DNA from: Acidimicrobiales bacterium
Lineage (GTDB): Bacteria; Actinomycetota; Acidimicrobiia; Acidimicrobiales; SHLQ01
DNA length: 64,000 bases
Direction of reading: 5' to 3'
NCBI GenBank assembly: GCA_020629375.1
Contig: JAHDDK010000005.1
Span: 23,910-87,909, forward strand
The position numbers were made by a program, and so were the translations under genes. Shown piece after piece: positions 39,008 through 48,900 of the stretch. Position 1 is the first letter of the stretch, and each line of letters starts with the position of its first letter. The notes under the pieces are model-generated. The model was not told where the DNA came from. It saw only the letters and a list, made by a program, of their open reading frames with translations, and searched no databases.

Positions 39008-42000
39008 TCAGTTCTTGGGCACGGTGTCCACCAGACGGAAGTTCGATGCTGCACCGTTTGCCCCGATCATCTCGTTCCAGGCGTCATTGAGGAATGCGTC
39101 GTTCGTGGCGAACATGTACGCCTCCAGGTCTCCGTATGCCGCCGAGAGCTGGTGCAGCTGGGCGTAGTCGCGGAACGCCGTGTTCAGGTCGGATTCCACC
39201 CGATCCAACGTTTCGAGCACGAAGCCGAACCACTCGGTGTCCGCGTAGCCATCGGCCGTTGCCTGTGCACGCAGCTCTGCTTCGATCTGCGACGCAAATC
39301 GTGTACCCAGTGGCTCGCCATCGAGCTGAGCTTCAAGACTCGCAAGACCGTCCCAGTCCGAGTCGGCCACGTACTGGTGCATTTGGTCCACGGTCCGAGA
39401 CACCGCCGCGTCGACAGCTGGCGAATCGATCGCGCTGTCGATTGCATTCAGTCGAGTCGAGATCTGCGATTCGACGTACGCGATCTCGGGAGCCAGGGCA
39501 GCCTCGATCGAGAAGTCTGGGAAGGCGACCGTCGGCCGGACCGGCCGAGGCGCTCCGAGCATGTCGTCGTGGAACTGCACGGAGTAGATCGAATACTCAC
39601 CCGTCTGCGCATCCGGAGTTGCGCCGTCGGGAAGTGCCGCCACCGCCGCAATCGTCGGGTTGGGGATGAGCACCTCCTCGCCGGTGAACGGGTTCGTGAT
39701 CGGCGTCAGCACCGAGTGGTCCTCCAGCCTCAAGCCAATCGCTCGGGCGACCGCCGGGTCGGCCTCGGTGTTCATTCGATGCTCGACCGCGCCGGCGATC
39801 GCATTGCCCCGTCGAATGAGGTCGTTCATGATCGCCTCGTCTTCGAGGGCTCGGGCCAAGCGGAACTGCATCGACCCCGCCGAAGACGTGTCCGATCGAC
39901 TCGTTTCGACGATGGTCCGGGCGAGGTCGCGGCGGCTCTCCCACTGGCTGAGCGTGTCTCCATACGTTTCGTCGATGCGAGCCACCTGGGCCTGATACGC
40001 AGCGATGTCGGCCTCCCGTTGCTCACGCACGTTCGAGAGTTGGGCATTGTCGGCGAGGATCTGATTCGTCAATTGCGCATGCTCGCTCCGATGGCCCCGC
40101 TCGTACATCTCACCGACCCAATCAGTGAGCTCACGCTCGAGTGCCGTGATTTCCAACTTCTTTGCATGTGCGTTGGTATTCGCAGCGACGATGGCTGCTC
40201 TGAAGCTCGCGGAGTTCGCCTCAGCGTTTCTCGCAATGGTCTGGTTCTGAGCAGCGATCCGATTCGCCTCCGCCGTTAGCCCAACCCATTGGCGAAGGTT
40301 GCCGAGTTCGCTGACCTTCGACATCCGTTGTGTGGCGTCGAACAGGTTCTTGGCAATCTGACCACCTCGCGAAACGCCTGGGTCCACTTGGCCCAGTGCC
40401 CCTACTGCGCCCATTGCCTCGAAGAGCTGGCCAGAAACAGTCCAGAACGCTGACCGTGCTGCCAGTCGTTCGGTCTGCGGGAGTGAGTTGTCCTGCATCC
40501 TCCGGTTGTTATACGCAAGCTCGCCTCGAAGTTGGGTGATGAGGTCGTTTGATTCCCGCATTTCTTCGATCTCCCATCTCGGACGATTGAAGATTGCGCG
40601 AGCGTCCGAATCCCATCCGGGCGCCGACGTGTCAGCTCCCTCAGCGAGCGAGATCATGTCTCCGCGACCGGCGTTGTTGCTCATGGTCGCGGGCCAGGAG
40701 AATGGCAAGGCATTGACACCATCCACGCCCACGGAACCCGAGGGCATCAGGCCAGCGCCGTAGCGTTGAAATCTCGTCGTGGCGCCGTAGAGGAGACTCT
40801 GCAGCCCGTTTTGCGTCAGATCGGTGACGATACGTCCTCCTCGTTCATCGAGATTCGCACCGAAGGCATCAACAAGCTCCGACTCTTCATAGCTGTCCAA
40901 GCCATGAATTCCGGCCACGACGCCCGTCACGAGCTCGTCGTAGAACGGCTTCTCGAGGCGCAGGTACTCCGCCATCAGGTCATTGCGCTCGCGCCGGAGG
41001 CGCAGCCAGTCGCTTCGGTCCAGTCGCCCGCCCGGTTGCCCAAATGGACCTTCGAGCGATTCCATTGACGCAGTGATCTCGTCAATCTCGGCTTCCAGCT
41101 GAAGACGACGCTGTCGGAGTTCCAGTTCGGTCAGGTCACTGCCGAGGGCGTGATAGTCCCAGATCTCACGATTGAGCGTCTCGCCTGTGGGGTCAGCGAG
41201 ATCGATGTAGTCGTGATGGAACTCGTTCAGACTGTATGTGGTCTTGGTGTACCGGTACAGATCGCCCCCAGCGGTGCGAAGCTGGGATTGTTGATAGGCC
41301 GCGTCGTCGTCCTCGAGCCGGTCGAAGCGCGCGATCTCGATCTCATGGATCATTCGCCCTTCGGCGTCTCGTCGAGTGAAGAGGCGCGCAACGGACTCTC
41401 GCGGGAGCGGGTTGTAGTCGGCATGCGGAACCGCGGCCGCAGAAATCTCGTCATAGTCATACGGGGCAAATGGGTCCCTTCCTGCGTTCACGAGCGAATT
41501 GAAACTGCCCGGTCCAATCGGCAGGAGGACGGCCTCGACGTGCCGAACGGCGGGAAAGCCGAACAGATGGTGTGCCGTCTCCGTCGAATCGTGGATGTCT
41601 TGGCTCCGAAGGTCATCGATGAAGAGATTCGACGTCGTCTCGACAACGAGCGACGTTTCCTCGATCCCGAGAATCCCGCCTGGCGGAGTGAACGTCACCT
41701 GACCTTCGTCCGGGAGGCGGACCATGCCCGTCCGGTTGCCGTAGTAGGTGTCACCAAATTCCTCGTCGGAGTAGTTCGGATTGCTGTAGAGATGTATCGG
41801 GCTCAGGTCTGAGATGCTGGTCGCGACGAGCATCCCGTCTCCATGGCGCTGTGTGACGCCGAGCTCCACCGGGACATATTGATGCCCGGGCCCGAACTGC
41901 CAACCCTGACCTGGCAGGACCGTGACCTCGCGTTCTTCACCATTCCAAAATGTTGCGGTGAATCGAACCGCGTCCGGGGAGGTGTTGCGGAGGAGGGCTC

Positions 42001-45000
42001 CGCCGATGCCGTGTCCGGCCAAGACGCCAAGATCTGTCTCGAGATCCGTGATCGAAATCCCTCGGGCTCCTTCACCGGTGTCGTAGGTCACGAGCTCGCC
42101 AGCAAAGCCGCCGTCGGTCGAACGAACGGTGGTCGTACGAGCATAGAAATCGAACAGCTCGGTGTTGGTCGGCGGGCGGCCAAGCGCAGCCTCGAGCTCC
42201 TCTGGGGTCGATGGCGGCCCATCCGACGGATCTCCCGACGGGTCCGGCAGGCCAGCCCCCGTACCACCCGAGAAGTTGCCGCCACCTCGGAGAGCGTGGT
42301 CGATCGGATCCCACCACACACCGGGGTCATATCCCCGTGCGATCGTGGCGTCGAGCATGTGATTGTTGGATGCATCGAGGACAACACTCGGGATGAGATC
42401 GGTTGCGGGACCATTCGGCGTGTCCGGCCATCCCAGATCACCGGGAGACAACGTCGCCTCCGTTGAGGCGAATGGCCCTCCGAATACTTGGAATCCGAGT
42501 GCACCGCCAGGACCGTTTGCGTCGGGGTTGGGGTCCCGGAATGCGAGATTGGGTGTGGAGAGAAAGATCTCTTCATCTGTCGGCGCATCGAGACCGAGTC
42601 GAATCGACCCGCGTCGTACAAACGCTCCATCGATGATCTCGCCGTAGTCGATGAGATCGCCCGCACGGTGCCGACTTCCGACATGTGCCTTGATGCTGAT
42701 GTTGAACTCGAAGCGCGTCCCTGCCGGATGATCGTCAAGTTGACCGAGCCGACCGCCCGAGCCGGGCTCGTTCGGCGGCGGAGCATCGTCGCTCTCGATG
42801 TCGAGGTAGGTGCCGACGAACTCCACGTGCTCGTGGCCGGTCACGCCTCCGATGACGTGATCCATCCCCAAACGGCCCTCGACACTGCGCGGCATCGGCA
42901 TCAACACGTTCAAGATCACCCGGTCATTGCCCGCTCCGAGGTCAATGGTGACCCCTTCCGGTCCGATGAAGGTCATGTAGTTGAGCGGGTCGAGATCTGC
43001 GCGGTTGGCGAAGTACGTGAAGTTCTCTGCGTTGAGGTCTCGCCCGACCAGCCGGATTCCTCCGGGTCCCACTTCACGCACGTAGTCTGCAATGAATCGG
43101 TCCATGTCAATGATGTACGTGACATCGACTTCGACGACGTCATCCCCTTCACCTGCGTCGATGTGTGTCTCGGTCGGGGAAGACGGATTGATCGTCTGCT
43201 GGTCAACCGTCTCCCCCTCAGCCTGGACCTCGCGGCCGTTGATCGAAATCACGGAAATGTGGTCGTTCCCACCCTCGGCTTCGATGACGATGTCAGGCAC
43301 CTCGCTCTCTTCGGACCGTTGCGCCGAGTACCCATGGTCGACCTCATACCGAATCGAGTCAGCACCGTCACCGGTCTGGATGATGTCGAAGTTCGCAAGA
43401 TCTTCTTGGTTCACGACATCCCCAGCTCCCGTCGCGATCCGGAACACCTGATCTTTGAGACCGTCGTCGTCGAGTCCGATGTCGACGCCGACGACATAGA
43501 TCCCGTTCGGGTCGTCGTTGCGTCGGAAGCCCGGAGTGCCTTCGGGTACACGGACGCGAATGATCTGATCATCGACGGTGACACGATCACCGTCTTCGTT
43601 CTCATATGTCCTCGATGCACCGATCTCGTCGAGACCGTCGCCGACGTACACGACGCCCGAGCCTTCTGCAGAGATGGAGTCGTTCCCCGCGCCACCGTCG
43701 ATGATGTACTCACCTGAGTCATCAGTGACCGCAACTCTTAGTTCGTCGTCACCCGCGCCGCCGTAGACCGCTGCGTTGTCGATGTCGACCAGACGAACAG
43801 AGTCCGACCCGTCGCCGCCGTCGATGGACACGGTGTCGGCGTTGTCTCCCCTGACGCTGTCGTCCTGACCACCAAGTCGAGCAATGAGCGTGTGTTCCGT
43901 ATCGGCAACATCGATGGACACACCGCCAGGATTCTGGTTCTCTCGCGCATCGAGAACAAAGTCGTCTTCAGTGCCCACGTCGAATCCGTCAACACCGCCG
44001 CGCAAATCGATAACTCCGCTGGCGCCGTCCATCGTGTCGTAGTCCCAGTCGTGCTCGGGTGACTGGTTCTCGAACACGACCTCGCCGTCAATCCGCCCGA
44101 AGAAGTCTGGGCTGTTCGGAGCGAACTCCGACCATGACTCGCGAAAGGCACCGCCGTCGTACCAACTGCGATAGGTGAACCCGAAAGTGACGGTGTCCGA
44201 GGCACGAACCACGGTCGGCCCGGTCGGCCCGAGAGGTGAGTCCTGGTCGACTCCCCAGCCGTCTTCTGGCGGATGGCCAACGACGCCACCGTCAATGTGG
44301 TTGCCACCCTCAATCGGTCGCACGTTGGTGTAGGGCAAACCATCCGGGCCAGTCAGGTCCGGAAGATCTGGGTCGAAGTCTTCATCCTCTTCGTCCCGAG
44401 GACGCACGACAGACGGCAGAACGAAAGGTGGGAGGGTCCCTGAGTTGCCGCCACCACTTGACGATGTCGAACAGGTGACTCCATCACTCGTCACGATCGC
44501 CGGAGTTCGCTCACCACCGTCTACGCAGAAGTACGTCGTGCCATTCGATCCATCCGTTGTCGTGATGATCAACACGTTTGGGTCGCTCGCCGACACGAAC
44601 GGGGTGCATGCGTCATCGATTGGCCCGGTGTAGCCGGCAGGCGCATCGGGACTGCCGTCGGCGTTTGTGCAGTACGAGTAGGGTGCGTTCGACACCGATT
44701 CGCACGTCGGTAGAGGACCCACGCCAAATCCGGGCGTCGTATGTCCACCGGAGTCGATGCACGCCTGAGGCGTCGTCGGCGTGTTCCAGGTGAACGCCTG
44801 TGGCGAGCCGTTCGCGCCCACGCGGGCAAGAGGTGCGACCGCCGTCGGGAGCGCAGCATCGACTCCGACCGACGCCGAGGCGACGGGCGTTTCGATCTCT
44901 GCCAAACCGTTCACCGAAAGCGTGAGCACATCGACGGTCGTCGACGCCGGGAAGGTTGGGCCGTCGACCGCAATCTCGTCCACGACGTCATCGCATGTTC

Positions 45001-45658
45001 CGACGAGCGATTCGAAGGTCGCCTGTTGCTCGACAGTCAGCGGCGAGTCACCGTCCTCGTTCAGCGCAGCCTCGTACGCTGCGCACGCAGCTGGCGCTGG
45101 CGTGGTCTGCGTCAAGGTCGAGCTCCCAAAGGTCGCGACGGCAGAGACTTCGGTGGCGCCACCCTCGCCGAAGATGATCTCGACACGCTCTCCGAAGGAC
45201 CGCTCGGTTCCGCCTCCGTCAGCGAAGTAGGCGCCTGCCGGCAACTGCCACACGACGGAATCGACGGTTGCCGATCCGGCAATCGCAACACCGCTGACTT
45301 CGTCGTCGATGGCGATGGTGCCAGAACCGTCGAGCCAGAACGACACCGCAGAGCCGACCAATACCCCTTCACCGCTGGAGTCAGAGTTGAGCGAGAACTG
45401 CGCTGCGCCAAACATGGCCGCTTCGCCGTCCTCAAGGGTCTCCGTGCTCGCCACACCGGGCGATTCGAAGTCGTCTGCGCTGTCGAGCGCCAACAGCTCG
45501 ACGAGTTCGGCAATGTCATCGTCGGTCACGTCGACGTCGCCCTCCGTCTCCTGCGCAATGGCGACCGAAGAGTTCAACCCGAAGAGGACGATGAGCAATG
45601 ACGCCATCGCACATGAGGCGGCCATCGGTCGGATGAGGGGCGAGTACCTGCTATTCAT
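39008..45658 (-). CDS. Giant secreted protein B (2216 aa) with RTX-like Ca-binding repeats and helical C-terminus
   Basis: Signal peptide ending ...SSVAIA-Q; DGGDGSDSV, YGGAGDDEL, DGGAGNDSI, AGEGDDVV, LGAGNDRV. Confidence 0.85.
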   Translation of the reverse strand: MNSRYSPLIRPMAASCAMASLLIVLFGLNSSVAIAQETEGDVDVTDDDIAELVELLALDSADDFESPGVASTETLEDGEAAMFGAAQFSLNSDSSGEGVLVGSAVSFWLDGSGTIAIDDEVSGVAIAGSATVDSVVWQLPAGAYFADGGGTERSFGERVEIIFGEGGATEVSAVATFGSSTLTQTTPAPAACAAYEAALNEDGDSPLTVEQQATFESLVGTCDDVVDEIAVDGPTFPASTTVDVLTLSVNGLAEIETPVASASVGVDAALPTAVAPLARVGANGSPQAFTWNTPTTPQACIDSGGHTTPGFGVGPLPTCESVSNAPYSYCTNADGSPDAPAGYTGPIDDACTPFVSASDPNVLIITTTDGSNGTTYFCVDGGERTPAIVTSDGVTCSTSSSGGGNSGTLPPFVLPSVVRPRDEEDEDFDPDLPDLTGPDGLPYTNVRPIEGGNHIDGGVVGHPPEDGWGVDQDSPLGPTGPTVVRASDTVTFGFTYRSWYDGGAFRESWSEFAPNSPDFFGRIDGEVVFENQSPEHDWDYDTMDGASGVIDLRGGVDGFDVGTEDDFVLDARENQNPGGVSIDVADTEHTLIARLGGQDDSVRGDNADTVSIDGGDGSDSVRLVDIDNAAVYGGAGDDELRVAVTDDSGEYIIDGGAGNDSISAEGSGVVYVGDGLDEIGASRTYENEDGDRVTVDDQIIRVRVPEGTPGFRRNDDPNGIYVVGVDIGLDDDGLKDQVFRIATGAGDVVNQEDLANFDIIQTGDGADSIRYEVDHGYSAQRSEESEVPDIVIEAEGGNDHISVISINGREVQAEGETVDQQTINPSSPTETHIDAGEGDDVVEVDVTYIIDMDRFIADYVREVGPGGIRLVGRDLNAENFTYFANRADLDPLNYMTFIGPEGVTIDLGAGNDRVILNVLMPMPRSVEGRLGMDHVIGGVTGHEHVEFVGTYLDIESDDAPPPNEPGSGGRLGQLDDHPAGTRFEFNISIKAHVGSRHRAGDLIDYGEIIDGAFVRRGSIRLGLDAPTDEEIFLSTPNLAFRDPNPDANGPGGALGFQVFGGPFASTEATLSPGDLGWPDTPNGPATDLIPSVVLDASNNHMLDATIARGYDPGVWWDPIDHALRGGGNFSGGTGAGLPDPSGDPSDGPPSTPEELEAALGRPPTNTELFDFYARTTTVRSTDGGFAGELVTYDTGEGARGISITDLETDLGVLAGHGIGGALLRNTSPDAVRFTATFWNGEEREVTVLPGQGWQFGPGHQYVPVELGVTQRHGDGMLVATSISDLSPIHLYSNPNYSDEEFGDTYYGNRTGMVRLPDEGQVTFTPPGGILGIEETSLVVETTSNLFIDDLRSQDIHDSTETAHHLFGFPAVRHVEAVLLPIGPGSFNSLVNAGRDPFAPYDYDEISAAAVPHADYNPLPRESVARLFTRRDAEGRMIHEIEIARFDRLEDDDAAYQQSQLRTAGGDLYRYTKTTYSLNEFHHDYIDLADPTGETLNREIWDYHALGSDLTELELRQRRLQLEAEIDEITASMESLEGPFGQPGGRLDRSDWLRLRRERNDLMAEYLRLEKPFYDELVTGVVAGIHGLDSYEESELVDAFGANLDERGGRIVTDLTQNGLQSLLYGATTRFQRYGAGLMPSGSVGVDGVNALPFSWPATMSNNAGRGDMISLAEGADTSAPGWDSDARAIFNRPRWEIEEMRESNDLITQLRGELAYNNRRMQDNSLPQTERLAARSAFWTVSGQLFEAMGAVGALGQVDPGVSRGGQIAKNLFDATQRMSKVSELGNLRQWVGLTAEANRIAAQNQTIARNAEANSASFRAAIVAANTNAHAKKLEITALERELTDWVGEMYERGHRSEHAQLTNQILADNAQLSNVREQREADIAAYQAQVARIDETYGDTLSQWESRRDLARTIVETSRSDTSSAGSMQFRLARALEDEAIMNDLIRRGNAIAGAVEHRMNTEADPAVARAIGLRLEDHSVLTPITNPFTGEEVLIPNPTIAAVAALPDGATPDAQTGEYSIYSVQFHDDMLGAPRPVRPTVAFPDFSIEAALAPEIAYVESQISTRLNAIDSAIDSPAVDAAVSRTVDQMHQYVADSDWDGLASLEAQLDGEPLGTRFASQIEAELRAQATADGYADTEWFGFVLETLDRVESDLNTAFRDYAQLHQLSAAYGDLEAYMFATNDAFLNDAWNEMIGANGAASNFRLVDTVPKN

Positions 45659-45683
45659 GACGCAGGCCCCATCACGTCCGTAG

Positions 45684-45745
45684 CGGTACGTTCGGACCGA
45701 AATGACAGGTATCTAGGTGCCGACGCAATAGGTACATGTACGCAT
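45684..45745. promoter_or_regulatory. Operator array (three sites, 23-bp period); proximal site 25 nt upstream of giant gene B ATG
   Basis: CGGTAC-gttc-GGACCG (45684), AGGTAT-ctag-GTGCCG (45707), AGGTAC-atgt-acgcat half-site (45730). Confidence 0.72.
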
Positions 45746-45903
45746 GTCGGCCTTCGGGCGATCGATCAGCCCCCCTGTCTCGGGGATGTTCCCGAACTCG
45801 ATGATGCTGTCCGAGACGAATCTGTCCGTCCGAGGTGAACGGCCAGGCGACTGGCCGATCGAGATGGATGCTTGCTCAGGTGGGCCGACGGAAACGTGAC
45901 TCG

Positions 45904-48900
45904 CTACGAGCTCGGCGGTCTCGCAGCGTCGGGCGAGTCCGGAATGAACCTCAGACCCTCATCCCAGACGAAGTCTGCCTGTCCAATCCGGATTCGGAAC
46001 TCGTCTTCTGCGGAATAGGTTTCCGTATAGAGGTTGGGATGCCCCCAGCCGTACGCGACATCGAAGTTGCCGTGTAAGAGAATGTTGGCAGCGAAGGCTG
46101 ATAGTCCGCCGGCAGTCAGAAGCGAAAGGTCGGGGGCAGGGCCGTTGGCGAAGTCTCCGAGAATCACCGGTCCTGCGAGTGCGGATCCGACGGTACCCAC
46201 ACCATGCAGGGCGAGACCCGTGCCAATTCGCCGGGCAATCGGGTTCGAAACGATGTTTGTGTTGAATCCAGAGATTCCGCCGAGATACGGGTTGTCCTCG
46301 AGTTCTTCTTGAGTGTGGTTGACGTCGTTCGCTGGGCCGTTGAGCGAGAACGCTCCTGCGTAGTAGCCACCCCTGTGCAGAAAGGGCGAGGCGAAGTTGA
46401 CTGCCGTGACCAGCTTGGCCATCGCAGTCACCTGCCCATTCCCCGTGTTGAGGATGACGGAGAGTTCGGTGCCCGTCTGCACCGGACCAATCGCCGGAAA
46501 GCTGAACCGCGCAGATGACCGCAACGGGGAGTCCTGGTTCACGCTGGCGACGATGAGCGGCGGCTTTCCAGAGGGCAGCAGTCGACGGAACGGGTCGGTG
46601 GCGTTCTTGTCGAGGGGCAACGCGACCGTGATGCTGACACCCTGATACGCACCAGTGATCGCGAGCACGTCGGGGTGGGTGATGTCGACCAGCGCTGTTT
46701 CGAACTGTCGCTCAACATTGCTCACGAGCTCATCTCGGTTCGACCAGGTAAGGTCCATGACCGTGTCGACGGTCTCGTCGAGATCATCGCCGATCCAGTC
46801 CCTCACGGGGCTGTCGAACATCGCCGTCGCTACATGAAGTTCATTGAGCATGTTGTCCAACGGTGGGCGGTGTTCGACTTGACCAACAACCTGGTTTCGG
46901 GTCGGCAGGCTCCCCTGGATCGCAAGCTGGTCAACTCCGGGACCGGGCGGGTTCTCACGAACGAACTCGATGTTTCCTCGATGGGCGGCCTCGTGTTGCC
47001 GCGCCGCGAAGAGATCCATGTTCTCAGGATCTCCGAGCAGCGAGATCCCCGCTCCGATGTCAAGTCGATCGATGGAGTCAATTTCTTCGGTCGTGAACCA
47101 CGACGAACCTCCTACTGCCTGCTGCAAAAGGCCTTCGGCGTCCGTCCGGCCGTATGCACGCGTCCGGGCAGCGTTCTGCAAATCTGGGTCGTCGAGCAAA
47201 GAGATGTCCGCAACGAAGCTCCGGAAGTCATCAAAGTCGCTCTGCTCACGCCACAGGACGTCGACCGGGTCGAATATCTCGCCGAGATCTCCCGTCCACG
47301 ATCCGATATCGGTTGTGACATGCAGCGGCCGAGCGTCGAGAACGTCACCTGGCTCGTAGTCGTCGGGGAGGACGTCGGTGATCACGTACTCGAAGTTCGT
47401 GCCGTTGAGTTCGGCACGGAGGAGTTTCGTGCCACCGAAACCGTCAACTGCCGTCGTCAGAGCCTTGAAGCCTCCGCTTTCGTCCAGGGCAACAGAAACC
47501 TTCTGATCCTTGTGCGGCGCGAAGGTGAACGCTCCCGAGCCGTAGTCCTGTGGAAGCCCGGTCTCGGGCGTCTGCCACTCAATAACCCGCGATCCGCCCT
47601 CGATTGAGACGACGTTCTCCGTCCGATCTCCAAGATCGATCGGCCCGACCACGCGGACATCCGCATCGGGGGACATCAACCGTGGCGCAAAGTCGGTCCC
47701 TGGCAGATCGGCGAGAATCATGGTGTCGCCCGCAAGCAGTGTCTCACCTCCGACGACCGCGGCGTGGCGTTCTGCCGGGTAGGCCATCTCCCAACCTTCA
47801 CCGGGCTGAAGCGTGACGACTTCCTTCGTGTCGTTCCAGTGGGTCACCCGGAAAGTCAGCGGCTCGTCATGTTGATTTCGCAGCGTTGCGCCCGTCAGTC
47901 CTCGGTCGGCGAGATTCTCGAAGTTTCGTGGGGTGAGGAGCAGTGGATGATTGGCCGATTCACGCCACGTCGGCTCATGGGCGGCTCTCTGTTCGTTGCT
48001 CTCGAGATACAGCGCCTCGCCGTCGAACAGCACGCGATCTCGTGTATCGCCCCACGCCTCGATGCCCGTGTGGCGAACAAGCCAGTCGAAGCGATCGCTC
48101 GGCGTGATATCCGCGCCTCCGCTGACGTCCTCGAGGCGCTGGTTGAACTCGGTCCAAGACGTCCCGCCTGAGCCCGACCCAGTACCTCGACTTGCGCCAT
48201 TCCATAGCGGTAGGTCGGTGATCGACGGGGACCCTCCACCGGTTGGCGGCGAAGACGACGCCGGTGGAGTTGGTTCGTTCATGCCAGGCCCAAGATCGGG
48301 TGCGCTGCCAAGCCGTACCTCCCCAGGATCGAGACCCCACGTCGAGGTGACCTCGTGGGTCACCCCAGTTTGTGGGTCGACAGTCGTCATATCGGTGAAG
48401 AACAACTCGAACGCAATGTTCTGATCTGACGGATTGCGAAAGGCGATTCGATCCGGGTTCTCGACAACGATCGACGTTCGAGTATCCGCCCACTGAAAGA
48501 TCCGCCGACGGCCACGAAAGATGAACTCGCCATCGTCGTTCAGCTCGCCAACATCGACGAACGCTTCGTTTCGGGCCGTTGGGTCATTGGCGTACTCGAC
48601 TGCAGTGGGGCCTGCGGCCTTGACGCGGAATCGGTACGTCCAGCCGTCGTTGAGGTCCGGCGCATTCGAGTTGTAGCCCGTGTAGTGAGCACCTGAACCA
48701 CCGTGATCCTCACCACTGACGCCGGGAGACGTCGGCGACGCTGGAGGGTCGTCGGGTACGGGAATCCATTCGGCGACAATCTCCAGGTTCTCGAACCCGA
48801 GCACCGTTCCGACATCCACAGTGTCTTCGAGATCGCCCACCCCCAGAACCGTGTTCTCCGGTAGTGGGTTGAGGACGTTGAGTACGATCGTGTCGCCATC

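Noticed and set aside
32648-39050. C-terminal TLPK / TVPKN as sortase signals
   Set aside because: No LPxTG, no following TM helix or basic tail, and no sortase gene in the window.
45684-45745. 23-bp periodic repeats as a mini-CRISPR
   Set aside because: Units are too short and degenerate, there are no spacers of CRISPR length, and there are no cas genes.
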